Positions 39,239-46,896 of a stretch of DNA of 64,000 nucleotides are shown here, one piece after another. The stretch lies in UHGV virus genome UHGV-1351408, one strand, 5' to 3'. Source of the stretch: a virus. The translations under genes and the position numbers were made by a program. Under the pieces are notes generated by a model, which searched no databases, had not been told where the DNA came from, and saw only the letters and a list, made by a program, of their open reading frames with translations. Position 1 is the first letter of the stretch; the number at the start of each line of letters is the position of its first letter.

Positions 39239-40855
39239 TCAACGTCTAAGCCCCTCATATGGGTTCCCTCTCACTAAGTCTGTGTGAGCACCCATTGATG
39301 GTGGCTTGAATAATTTAACTTCGTTAAGACTGTTGAAAGCATCACTGGTAGCATCCACTTGGTCATCTTTAGTTTTACCATCACCACAAAAGCCTTCAAG
39401 CTCTTGGAAGTAAGCTTCATTCCAGCTACCTCTCAAGACTTTTACAAGTCCAGCTTCAGAAGCAGCAGAAAATCCCGCAAAGCGGGTAACTTTATCTTTA
39501 TTTGTTGGTTTAGCTCTTGCGCGATAACCTTTCTCGGCAAGTTTCCTGATGAGGGATGTTGCATAGGATTTACCAGCAGCGCCTGGGTCTTGAGGGATAA
39601 AAATACCAGTTCGCTTACCGTCACTTTCAGCAGTCAAATTAATTTGTGTTTCGACTCCAGAGGGTCTATCTCTAAATCTTACTACATCAATGATATAATA
39701 GCAACCGTCTTTTTTAGATTTACCCATCTTAACACCCGCTGTCCAGTCTGGGTTAGGGTTAATTTCAGATGGTAAAGTCGCTGCTAAGTCCCATGCTCTG
39801 ACATCAAACACATCTTCTGGTAGTGAATCAACAATCTCACACCATTGTCTTTGCCAATAGTTTGAACCTTCTGCACGAGCCTTCCAGTTACCGAAACGAA
39901 GTCTTGCAACGTTTACAGGTGTGTTGTTTTCCAACTTACCACGATACTTAGGTTCCAAGAAGTCAAGAATTGGGTTATCATCAATCGTACCAGAGATGAA
40001 GGTGTATGTCTGAGGAATCTCAAGAGGGAACATTTCAAGAATCTTGTCTCTCTCCCAATCAGAAACCATCACACCATCATTCATAACATACCAACGAATA
40101 CGACCACATTTCTCAGGGTCTGGGTAACCTTCTTCATCTAAGAATGGCTCTACCCAATCATAAATGAAGTGGTCTCTATCTGGGTTCATAGAAATCTTCA
40201 TGTATGAATCCCCTTCAGCACCAGAACGTAGACGGGTCTGTAGGTATGAAATCTGTGAAGCTGAGAAGTGTGTACCTTCGTCAAAGTAAATAGCTGAGTA
40301 TTCAATACCCTGATGACCTTCAGCGTGCTTTTCAAGCTCTAAGTAGGTGAACTTAATAGTTGCCCCAGAAGGGAATGTGATAGTCATTTTCTGCTCGTGA
40401 GGAATCCCACCAAACTTACCAAATAGTTTCTTTGCAGCAGGCCATAAACCACCTTGTAACTGTGTTGTATTTCGACGGAAATATACAGCATTATAGTTAG
40501 GGTCTTCAATAAATCTTAAAGAGTCCATTAACAATGCAGCAGTTTTACCAGCACCAGCAGCACCACCATATAAAACCAAGTCAGCATTAGTATTTAAAAA
40601 CACCTCTTGAGAACCCGGTTGAGGGGCTACATAATTCTTATCAGTCATCAATTTGAAGATAAGTCTAACTTGGTCTGGTGTGTATCTTAATAAAGTCAGA
40701 ATTTGAGTTGGAAGGAATTTAGAGGGGTCTTTACCGAATGATTTGATAATTTCTTTTACTTCATCAGAAAGCCCCAACTCTCCAGCTAGGACTTTCCTAA
40801 CGTCTTCCACTCGCTTCTGCTTAACAGCATTTAAGTCCATTAAGCACCTCCGCAA
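39239..40855 (-). CDS. terminase large subunit
   Basis: 538 aa; Walker A LYGGAAGAGKT. Confidence 0.85.
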   Translation of the reverse strand: MRRCLMDLNAVKQKRVEDVRKVLAGELGLSDEVKEIIKSFGKDPSKFLPTQILTLLRYTPDQVRLIFKLMTDKNYVAPQPGSQEVFLNTNADLVLYGGAAGAGKTAALLMDSLRFIEDPNYNAVYFRRNTTQLQGGLWPAAKKLFGKFGGIPHEQKMTITFPSGATIKFTYLELEKHAEGHQGIEYSAIYFDEGTHFSASQISYLQTRLRSGAEGDSYMKISMNPDRDHFIYDWVEPFLDEEGYPDPEKCGRIRWYVMNDGVMVSDWERDKILEMFPLEIPQTYTFISGTIDDNPILDFLEPKYRGKLENNTPVNVARLRFGNWKARAEGSNYWQRQWCEIVDSLPEDVFDVRAWDLAATLPSEINPNPDWTAGVKMGKSKKDGCYYIIDVVRFRDRPSGVETQINLTAESDGKRTGIFIPQDPGAAGKSYATSLIRKLAEKGYRARAKPTNKDKVTRFAGFSAASEAGLVKVLRGSWNEAYFQELEGFCGDGKTKDDQVDATSDAFNSLNEVKLFKPPSMGAHTDLVRGNPYEGLRR

Positions 40856-40861
40856 ATAGAA

Positions 40862-41062
40862 TTATTCAGAGTCTGTAGCAGTCTCTTCTTTCTTAACTTC
40901 GAACTTTGCATCAACAGCATCAAGAAGTGCATCCATAGATGCCTCTTTAATATCAATACCTGTTGCTACAGATAATCTGTCTGCAATTGCCATGATAGTG
41001 TTCTGCATAAATTCTAGCTTCTTATTAGCTTCATAAAGTTCTTTATAAACGGTCTCACTCAT
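40862..41062 (-). CDS. hypothetical small protein
   Basis: 66 aa upstream of large terminase. Confidence 0.4.
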   Translation of the reverse strand: MSETVYKELYEANKKLEFMQNTIMAIADRLSVATGIDIKEASMDALLDAVDAKFEVKKEETATDSE

Positions 41063-41096
41063 TATGTTTTCTCCAAATAATTAACCATGTTTCCCC

Positions 41097-41121
41097 TTAA
41101 AAAAGACGGTACAGAGACCGT
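41097..41121 (-). terminator. hairpin with T-run (terminator or attenuator)
   Basis: GACGGT-ACAGAG-ACCGTC with T-run on minus strand. Confidence 0.35.
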
Positions 41122-41185
41122 CAAGGAGAAACCACAATGTACGTCAGAGACATACTGTATAAGTCTTCTTATAAAGTATAACTCT

Positions 41186-41258
41186 GTAAAAAAGCCCTGT
41201 CTAAAAATACTCTTCGGTAGCGAAAGGAAGAATACTTATAGCAGGGCATTATTATTAT
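41186..41258 (-). terminator. long imperfect hairpin with T-run at the 3' end of the tRNA operon
   Basis: GCCCTG ... CAGGGC followed on minus strand by TTTTTT. Confidence 0.4.
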
Positions 41259-41284
41259 TTTAATTGAGAGAGAGTAAAATAACT

Positions 41285-41360
41285 TGGAGAATCCGAAGGG
41301 ACTCGAACCCTTATAAACCTGTTTTGCAGACAGGCACATAGCCATTTCTGTCACGGATTC
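41285..41360 (-). tRNA. tRNA-Cys(GCA)
   Basis: Acceptor GAATCCG/CGGATTC, T-loop TTCGAGT, anticodon loop CTGCAAA, U73, CCA encoded. Confidence 0.7.
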
Positions 41361-41364
41361 AAAT

Positions 41365-41457
41365 TGGAGGAAGATACCAGACTTGAACTGGTACACCGAT
41401 TTCTCAGTTACTGGCAGTTTAGCAAACTGCTCCCTTACCTTTTAGGGTTAATCTTCC
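41365..41457 (-). tRNA. tRNA-Ser(GCT), long variable arm
   Basis: 93 nt; anticodon stem GCAGT/ACTGC, loop TTGCTAA. Confidence 0.6.
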
Positions 41458-41458
41458 A

Positions 41459-42193
41459 TTATTTCTGTAATGCGTTCTTCATTTCTGGTGTTGCAATAGT
41501 GTCAATCACACCAGTTTTACAAGCATCGTCAAACCAGTCTGGTAAGATACCTGCTAAGAACCCATTGATATTCGTTTTAAGGTACTCTGCAATAAGGGCA
41601 GCTTCTTCTTCAATCATCTGCACAACTTCATCTGCATAAGCTGTAATCTTCGAAATACCTTCATTAATCTTACTAACAGCTTGGTTAGCTAAATCAGAAA
41701 TAGTATCAAGACCTTTGTCAATAGCATCTTGTAAGTCACTTAATACATCATTAACACCGTCTAGTGCACTGTTAATCATATCAATAGCTTTTTGACCATA
41801 CTCTGTAGCAACACCCATAATACCACTAAATGGTGTACAACCGACTTGTTCACCTGCTGCACCCATAACATTAGAATAACCTTTTGCTACCTGCATACGT
41901 GATGAAAACTCATCAATGGACTTTTGACCGTAATCCGTCAGCGTTTTGGTAGTTGATGTAGTACTTGTCAGACTCGTTGTAAAGCTGTTAAGCAGAACTG
42001 TTGTAAGTCCAGCAGCAACAAGTTTATCCTTTATTGTAGGGTCTGTTACAGAGCTAATAGAGCTTACAAGTGATGTAGAGGCAGCTACGGTTCCACCGAG
42101 AACTGCTGCACCAGTAATAAGGGGATTAGAAAACCCTCTACCGGTTTTTAAGAGATTAAAAATCTCCTTACCTTGTTCTGTCATCTCTTTCAT
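41459..42193 (-). CDS. hypothetical Ser/Thr-rich protein inside the tRNA array
   Basis: ORF 41459-42256; start moved to MKEMTEQ (AAAGGTG RBS) to avoid tRNA-Phe. Confidence 0.45.
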   Translation of the reverse strand: MKEMTEQGKEIFNLLKTGRGFSNPLITGAAVLGGTVAASTSLVSSISSVTDPTIKDKLVAAGLTTVLLNSFTTSLTSTTSTTKTLTDYGQKSIDEFSSRMQVAKGYSNVMGAAGEQVGCTPFSGIMGVATEYGQKAIDMINSALDGVNDVLSDLQDAIDKGLDTISDLANQAVSKINEGISKITAYADEVVQMIEEEAALIAEYLKTNINGFLAGILPDWFDDACKTGVIDTIATPEMKNALQK

Positions 42194-42209
42194 TAAGCAC
42201 CTTTGAAAT

Positions 42210-42286
42210 TGGTAGTCCAGTGGGATTTGAACCCTCTTCTCATGTTTTTCAGACACGCGCTTTAACCATATAAGCTACTTGGACTA
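42210..42286 (-). tRNA. tRNA-Phe(GAA)
   Basis: Acceptor TAGTCCA/TGGACTA, anticodon loop CTGAAAA. Confidence 0.6.
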
Positions 42287-42291
42287 TAAAT

Positions 42292-42367
42292 TGGGGTGAC
42301 CTACGGGATTTGAACCCGTATAGACCATGTTCACAGCATGGGTCATTACCATTTATGATAAGGCCAC
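42292..42367 (-). tRNA. tRNA-His(GTG)
   Basis: Anticodon loop CTGTGAA; extra 5' G and C73. Confidence 0.7.
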
Positions 42368-42398
42368 ATTTAAGGACTCTCGTAAGAACCCTTAGAAG

Positions 42399-42474
42399 TG
42401 GCAGCGGCATAAGGATTTGAACCTTAATAAGACAGCTTCAGAGACTGCTGCATTGCCAGTTATGCTATACCGCT
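42399..42474 (-). tRNA. tRNA-Gln(CTG)
   Basis: Loop CTCTGAA, G73. Confidence 0.5.
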
Positions 42475-42479
42475 AAATT

Positions 42480-42558
42480 TGGTACTCCATATCGGATTCG
42501 AACCGATACATAACACAGATTTTAAGTCTGGCCTCTCTGCCAATTGGAGTAATGGAGC
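42480..42558 (-). tRNA. tRNA with Leu anticodon TAA, short variable arm
   Basis: 79 nt; loop CTTAAAA; Leu-type D-loop AATTGGCAGAG; A73. Confidence 0.5.
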
Positions 42559-42560
42559 AT

Positions 42561-42636
42561 TGGCGGGGGATGTTGGAATTGAACCAACTTCTTCGATTTC
42601 AAAGACCGAGGTTTTAACCTTGTAAACTAATCCCCT
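42561..42636 (-). tRNA. tRNA-Gln(TTG)
   Basis: Anticodon stem TCGGT/ATCGA, loop CTTTGAA, G73. Confidence 0.55.
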
Positions 42637-42644
42637 TTAAATCT

Positions 42645-43202
42645 TTACTTTCTTAGTGGATGAATAAAGAATGCCAACATAACTCTTTCCCTTGAGAATG
42701 CTCTTTCTTCTGGGACAACACTTTTTAGCTTCCACCCAATATAAATTCTCCAGTAAAACTGTTTACCAAAGACTTTAATTGATGGGATAAAAGCGAATAA
42801 TCCCCAAGCATTGCTGTTCCACATTAGGAGATAACCTGTCTGATTATCTTCAGGGTTAGAACTTACGTTGATATTACCTTTCCACTTAGTAACATCTTTT
42901 ACATCTCTTCCTAACACATGGTAAGAGAAGTTATAAGCTTTGTTTCTCCAGAGCCAACCAACTCTCTGCATATAGACACCAAGCTTACCAATCTTTCTAA
43001 TCTTAGCCCATCGTTCGATATGACCTTCATCACCATCAATTGGGTTGTCATAAGTTTCCATCCATCTGAACCCGAAAGGTAAGTGTCCTTTCTTCTCACT
43101 GTAGAATGGAACTACAAAAGGTGCTAAGATAACTGCTAAGATTGCTGCAAATGGCTCTAATAAAGCTAAGAAAATCCATGAAGCATACTTCAAATATCTC
43201 AT
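42645..43202 (-). CDS. membrane protein inside the tRNA array
   Basis: 185 aa; N-terminal hydrophobic segment WIFLALLEPFAAILAVILAPFVVPF. Confidence 0.45.
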   Translation of the reverse strand: MRYLKYASWIFLALLEPFAAILAVILAPFVVPFYSEKKGHLPFGFRWMETYDNPIDGDEGHIERWAKIRKIGKLGVYMQRVGWLWRNKAYNFSYHVLGRDVKDVTKWKGNINVSSNPEDNQTGYLLMWNSNAWGLFAFIPSIKVFGKQFYWRIYIGWKLKSVVPEERAFSRERVMLAFFIHPLRK

Positions 43203-43441
43203 TGTCTAATCCTAGTAAGGAGGTAAACATTATTATCTGTTTCTGAGTTTTCTGGTAAAGCTGTCTCAAAATTGACGCTTTTAAATTGTCTCCCACCAAA
43301 GTAATGACCAATAAATTTTTGTACTTTTATTGGGTCACATTCCCAGCCGACTTTCAAGAAAATGTGGGTATCTATAGTGGGAACCCTTACAAACTCAATA
43401 CTATTGGAATTTTCATGTTCAACGACGATTAATGTTTGCAT
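43199..43441 (-). CDS. hypothetical protein
   Basis: 80 aa. Confidence 0.4.
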   Translation of the reverse strand: MQTLIVVEHENSNSIEFVRVPTIDTHIFLKVGWECDPIKVQKFIGHYFGGRQFKSVNFETALPENSETDNNVYLLTRIRQ

Positions 43442-43459
43442 AAATCTCTCTTATTTATC

Positions 43460-43535
43460 TGGCGCAGGATAAGGGACTTGAACCCCTATTAACAGCTTCG
43501 TAGACTGTTGCTCTATCCATTTGAACTAATCCTGC
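43460..43535 (-). tRNA. tRNA-Arg(ACG)
   Basis: Acceptor GCAGGAT/ATCCTGC, loop CTACGAA. Confidence 0.7.
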
Positions 43536-43650
43536 TTACCTACGAGAACACCATACAGTTTTTCACAAACTTTGCTTTTACGTCTGTTTAGATATGACGC
43601 TCTAAACTTTTTTTGCAATTGACTTATTACTCATAGTGTTCTCCTAAAAT

Positions 43651-43728
43651 TGGTGTTCCAAGACGGATTCGAACCGTCACTAGTACAAGGTTTGAGCTTG
43701 CATCCTCTGCCAATTGGGATACTGGAAC
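43651..43728 (-). tRNA. tRNA with Leu anticodon CAA, short variable arm
   Basis: 78 nt; loop CTCAAAC; D-loop AATTGGCAGAGG; A73. Confidence 0.5.
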
Positions 43729-43729
43729 A

Positions 43730-43804
43730 TGGTACTCACTAAAGGACTTGAACCTTTTTCTTCATCTTGTAAGGGTGATGTTTTACCATATAAACTAAGC
43801 GAGT
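43730..43804 (-). tRNA. tRNA-Val(TAC)
   Basis: Loop CTTACAA. Confidence 0.5.
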
Positions 43805-43900
43805 GTGAAAGAGGTCTGAAGTTGTGCCACTAACTCAACTCCGTGGAATTTGTTACGGTCTTCAGTTGACTCAAAGTGGTCTTTCACTTGACCTCTGAAT

Positions 43901-43976
43901 TGGTGCTCCCACAAGGATTCGAACCCTGATAAGTTGCTTACAAGGCAACCGTAATAGCCAATTATACGATAGGAGC
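43901..43976 (-). tRNA. tRNA-Thr(TGT)
   Basis: Anticodon stem GTTGC/GCAAC, loop CTTGTAA. Confidence 0.7.
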
Positions 43977-43983
43977 ATTAATT

Positions 43984-44058
43984 TGGAGCATCCAGAGGGA
44001 ATCGAACCCTCAACCTCAGTTTGGAAGACTGTAATTTTCCCGTTTAAACTATGGATGC
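43984..44058 (-). tRNA. tRNA-Gly(TCC)
   Basis: Acceptor GCATCCA/TGGATGC, loop CTTCCAA. Confidence 0.65.
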
Positions 44059-44064
44059 ACTAAT

Positions 44065-44140
44065 TGGTGGAGTCACTGAGAATTGAACTCAGTTCCCAAG
44101 TTTGCAAAACTCGAATTTTAACCATATAAACTATGACCCC
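44065..44140 (-). tRNA. tRNA-Ala(TGC)
   Basis: Loop TTTGCAA. Confidence 0.6.
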
Positions 44141-44145
44141 AATTT

Positions 44146-44221
44146 TGGTACAGGTGGAGGGAATTGAACCCATCGTCTTACTGATTAAGAGTCAGCCGCA
44201 TAACCATTTTGCTACACCTGC
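44146..44221 (-). tRNA. tRNA-Lys(CTT)
   Basis: Loop CTCTTAA. Confidence 0.55.
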
Positions 44222-44228
44222 ATTAATT

Positions 44229-44305
44229 TGGTACACCTAGAGAGATTCGAACTCACACTGAGCAGATTCTAAGTCTGCTGCCTCTACCAATTGGGCTATA
44301 GGTGC
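44229..44305 (-). tRNA. tRNA with Leu anticodon TAG, short variable arm
   Basis: 77 nt; anticodon stem GCAGA/TCTGC, loop CTTAGAA; D-loop AATTGGTAGAGG; A73. Confidence 0.55.
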
Positions 44306-44560
44306 ATTAAATCTTTTTAGAGAACTTCTAAGAACCTAAGCAACAAGGTTCCACAACAAGCTGTAATAACCTTAGAAGCCCTCTAAAAAGACCTAATTTG
44401 GTCTTTGCATAGTCTTGTTTAATCCGGTGACTAGAACCTTTGGAGAGCTTGATATTATCTCTTCTCCGTGACACCTACTAGGTGCTTTATCAGTGTGTAC
44501 GACAATACACGAGGGATAAACCGAAAATGCGAGCAAGCATGGACGGTGTAAATCTTATTA

Positions 44561-44650
44561 GGCGGTAAGTAAAGGAGTCGAACCCTCACCGTATCTCTAC
44601 AGTGGCAACAGTTTTCAAGACTGTTTGGCTGCCATTAGCCGCTACCTACC
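44561..44650 (-). tRNA. tRNA-Ser(TGA), long variable arm
   Basis: 90 nt; anticodon stem ACAGT/ACTGT, loop CTTGAAA; 3' CC encoded, terminal A not. Confidence 0.6.
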
Positions 44651-44663
44651 CCTAATAAGACTT

Positions 44664-44746
44664 TGGCATGGGACGGAGGAGTTGAACCCCTTTGAAACGG
44701 TTTTGGAGGCCGTTGCTCATGCCTTAGAGTCTTAACATCGTCCCAC
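44664..44746 (-). tRNA. tRNA-like element, anticodon unassigned (CCA/Trp possible)
   Basis: 83 nt with good acceptor (GTGGGAC/GTCCCAT) and T-arm, but D/anticodon region does not fold canonically. Confidence 0.3.
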
Positions 44747-44888
44747 ATTATAATTCGAAGCTTACCGTATTATCTCAACACTGTAAAGCCCCTTCTCAGA
44801 TTATTTACATGTTCTGGAAAACATGAGATACAGACCACCTCCCTACAGGAAGACCCGCTTAGGTCGTCTAAGTAATCTGCTAACTAAT

Positions 44889-44965
44889 TGGCACACCCTA
44901 CAGGATTCGAACCTGTAACTAACGATTTAGAAGACCGTTGCTCTATCCAATTGAACTAAGGGTGC
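44889..44965 (-). tRNA. tRNA-Arg(TCT)
   Basis: Anticodon stem ACGGT/ATCGT, loop CTTCTAA. Confidence 0.7.
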
Positions 44966-45302
44966 ATTAATCTTTAAAGACTCTCTTAGAAAGCCCTTAA
45001 AGATGCCCACCTTATTAATCATACCGTGGGCTAGTACGCCAAATTCTTTGATGAGGGATTGGAATACCTCACTGGTGTTTAGCCTATCAAGCTACTGCCA
45101 GAAAAACATTGTCGTTTGCATTTATTTTAAATTTGCAAAATAGACGCTACGCAACGAAAACTATTCAGAATATGTACAACAAATTTCCCCACATTGTGTT
45201 ACGTCTAACGCTCATGTATTGGTGTTTGAATTATACATATTATGAATTATTTTTAGTTACTATAAAGTAGTCACATCTTAATGTCAACAACTTTATTGAA
45301 AT

Positions 45303-45378
45303 TGGTACTGGTAGGTGGAATCGAACCACCGATGTTCCCTTATCAGGGGAGTGTTATAACCTTCTTAACTATACCAGC
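45303..45378 (-). tRNA. tRNA-Ile(GAT)
   Basis: Loop CTGATAA. Confidence 0.6.
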
Positions 45379-45379
45379 T

Positions 45380-45456
45380 TGGAGGTTCAGATGGGAATCG
45401 AACCCACATTCATAGGGCTTATGAAACCCCTGCATTACCTTATCTGCGACTGAACC
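45380..45456 (-). tRNA. tRNA-Met(CAT)
   Basis: Loop TTCATAA; GGG/CCC run in anticodon stem. Confidence 0.55.
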
Positions 45457-45534
45457 ATAATAAGTACCCTAGTTAGAGAAACTGTTGAGTGGGTGTTTCC
45501 AGCCGCGCAGGTGTTTCTCAGTTAAGGGTGAATT

Positions 45535-45610
45535 TGGTAGAAGTGGAGGGATTCGAACCCATCGCCTGTCAGATTAAAAGTCTGCCGCATCACCATTCTG
45601 CTACACTTCC
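45535..45610 (-). tRNA. tRNA-Lys(TTT)
   Basis: Loop CTTTTAA. Confidence 0.6.
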
Positions 45611-45814
45611 ATTAAATTATCTTTGTAGATAAGCTACCCAGACTTGCTTAAGGTCTGTAGCGATGTGCCTTTTTGGGTTTAAATCTAGAATTTACCCTTT
45701 CACCCTTTGTGGTCGCATACTCACAGGTAAGCTTAATAACTTATCTACAAAGATAATTACCAGACCGTTGTTTATCATCTTAAGTGCTACCATTACACCA
45801 ACTCGACATCTGCC

Positions 45815-45838
45815 GAGTGAAGGAATCGAACCTTCGCC
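45815..45838 (-). other. isolated tRNA T-arm-like module (GAAGG-TTCGATT-CCTTC) without an acceptor stem
   Basis: Canonical T-arm, but no 5' partner for the would-be acceptor within 100 nt; lies inside a conserved-box spacer element. Confidence 0.35.
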
Positions 45839-46068
45839 TTTTCTTTACCGGAGAAATAGATTGTTTAAGTTTTGCTGTAAACGGTCTTCTGTAAATTTGT
45901 TGAGCCAGACCAAGTTTTAAATTTTTTCAAAATTAAATTGGCTTGAAAATATCATACGTACTTGCTGAATTTGGTCTTCTGCTCCTTTAAAGAATACTCG
46001 TAAGAACTCTTTAAGGGAGGGGCTAAATAGCCCTCTCAAAACATCATTTTGAAATACTTATTATAATT

Positions 46069-46145
46069 TGGCGGCTACGATGAGACTTGAACTCACATCA
46101 TCTCCCGTGACAGGGGAGTATTTTCTCCAGTTAAACTACATAGCC
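46069..46145 (-). tRNA. tRNA-Asp(GTC)
   Basis: Anticodon stem CTCCC/GGGAG, loop CTGTCAC. Confidence 0.7.
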
Positions 46146-46150
46146 TCTAT

Positions 46151-46238
46151 TGGTGTGCCGTGTAGGAGTCGAACCTACCGAGTCTCAATGACAAGGGATT
46201 TACAGTCCCCACCGCTACCATCTACGGGATAACGACAC
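46151..46238 (-). tRNA. tRNA-Tyr(GTA), long variable arm
   Basis: 88 nt; loop CTGTAAA. Confidence 0.7.
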
Positions 46239-46247
46239 ATTTTAATT

Positions 46248-46324
46248 TGGCGGTTAGTCAGGGATTCGAACCCTGTGCCATTCGCTTAACAGGCGACCGC
46301 ACATACCTTATGTGCTTCCTAACC
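46248..46324 (-). tRNA. tRNA-Asn(GTT)
   Basis: Loop CTGTTAA. Confidence 0.6.
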
Positions 46325-46400
46325 TTAATACATTACCAGACCGTGTTTTTCTTTTATCCGCAAAAAGTAGTTTGTTGCTGAATACGGTCTTCTGTAAAAT

Positions 46401-46477
46401 TGGAGGCGGGTGCAGGAGTCGAACCTGCCGATACCATGCTAATGAGACATGTGAGACGCCCTTTCTCTATACCCGCA
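46401..46477 (-). tRNA. tRNA with CAT anticodon (Met or Ile2)
   Basis: Loop CTCATTA; 1-72 mismatch. Confidence 0.45.
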
Positions 46478-46568
46478 ATTCTTAATGACCAGACCAAATC
46501 TCTTCTTTGTCCGATTTACCTTCAGATGAATAAGATTAAGTTTGCTGTAATTGGTCTTCTGTCAAAAC

Positions 46569-46646
46569 TGGCGTTCCAGAAGGGATTTGAACCCTCAGAT
46601 ATCCACTTTGAAAGAGTGGTGACTTTACCATTTTGTCTACTGGAAC
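46569..46646 (-). tRNA. tRNA-Glu(TTC)
   Basis: Anticodon stem CCACT/AGTGG, loop CTTTCAA. Confidence 0.7.
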
Positions 46647-46653
46647 ATTAATT

Positions 46654-46730
46654 TGGTCTCTGTTGGAGGACTTGAACCTCCGGCCTTACCGCCCCAAACG
46701 GAACGCTCTACCAAGCTGAGCTAAACAGAG
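46654..46730 (-). tRNA. tRNA-Pro(TGG)
   Basis: D-arm AGCTCAGCTTGGTAGAGC, loop TTTGGGG. Confidence 0.7.
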
Positions 46731-46848
46731 ATAAACTTTTCAAACTCTATGTAAACACTTTAACATTATTTTTTAGTGGTTGTCAAGAACTTTTTTAAAA
46801 TATTTTTCAGTATCTTAGAAAAGCTCTCATTTCGTTTCTATGTAGAAC

Positions 46849-46877
46849 ATATTAAAGGGTATCAAACACATTGTCAA
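46849..46877 (-). promoter_or_regulatory. near-consensus sigma70 promoter for the tRNA operon (TTGACA-17-TAATAT)
   Basis: Minus-strand read: TTGACAatgtgtttgatacccttTAATAT, about 110 nt upstream of the first tRNA (Pro). Confidence 0.45.
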
Positions 46878-46896
46878 TACCCTTTTTAAAACTTTT

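Noticed and set aside
41097-41121. Hairpin at 41097-41121 as a strong terminator separating the tRNA and terminase operons
   Set aside because: It lies only about 35 bp upstream of the next start codon with no room for a promoter, so full termination would leave the terminase operon untranscribed; kept only as a low-confidence attenuator.
41169-41396. ORF-track ORFs overlapping tRNA genes (41169-41396 minus, 45663-45920 plus, 46400-46651 plus)
   Set aside because: They run through well-folded tRNA genes or spacer elements and lack ribosome-binding sites; treated as chance ORFs.
45457-45534. 78-nt spacer between tRNA-Met and tRNA-Lys as an additional tRNA
   Set aside because: No T-loop (GTTC) or acceptor pairing in either orientation.
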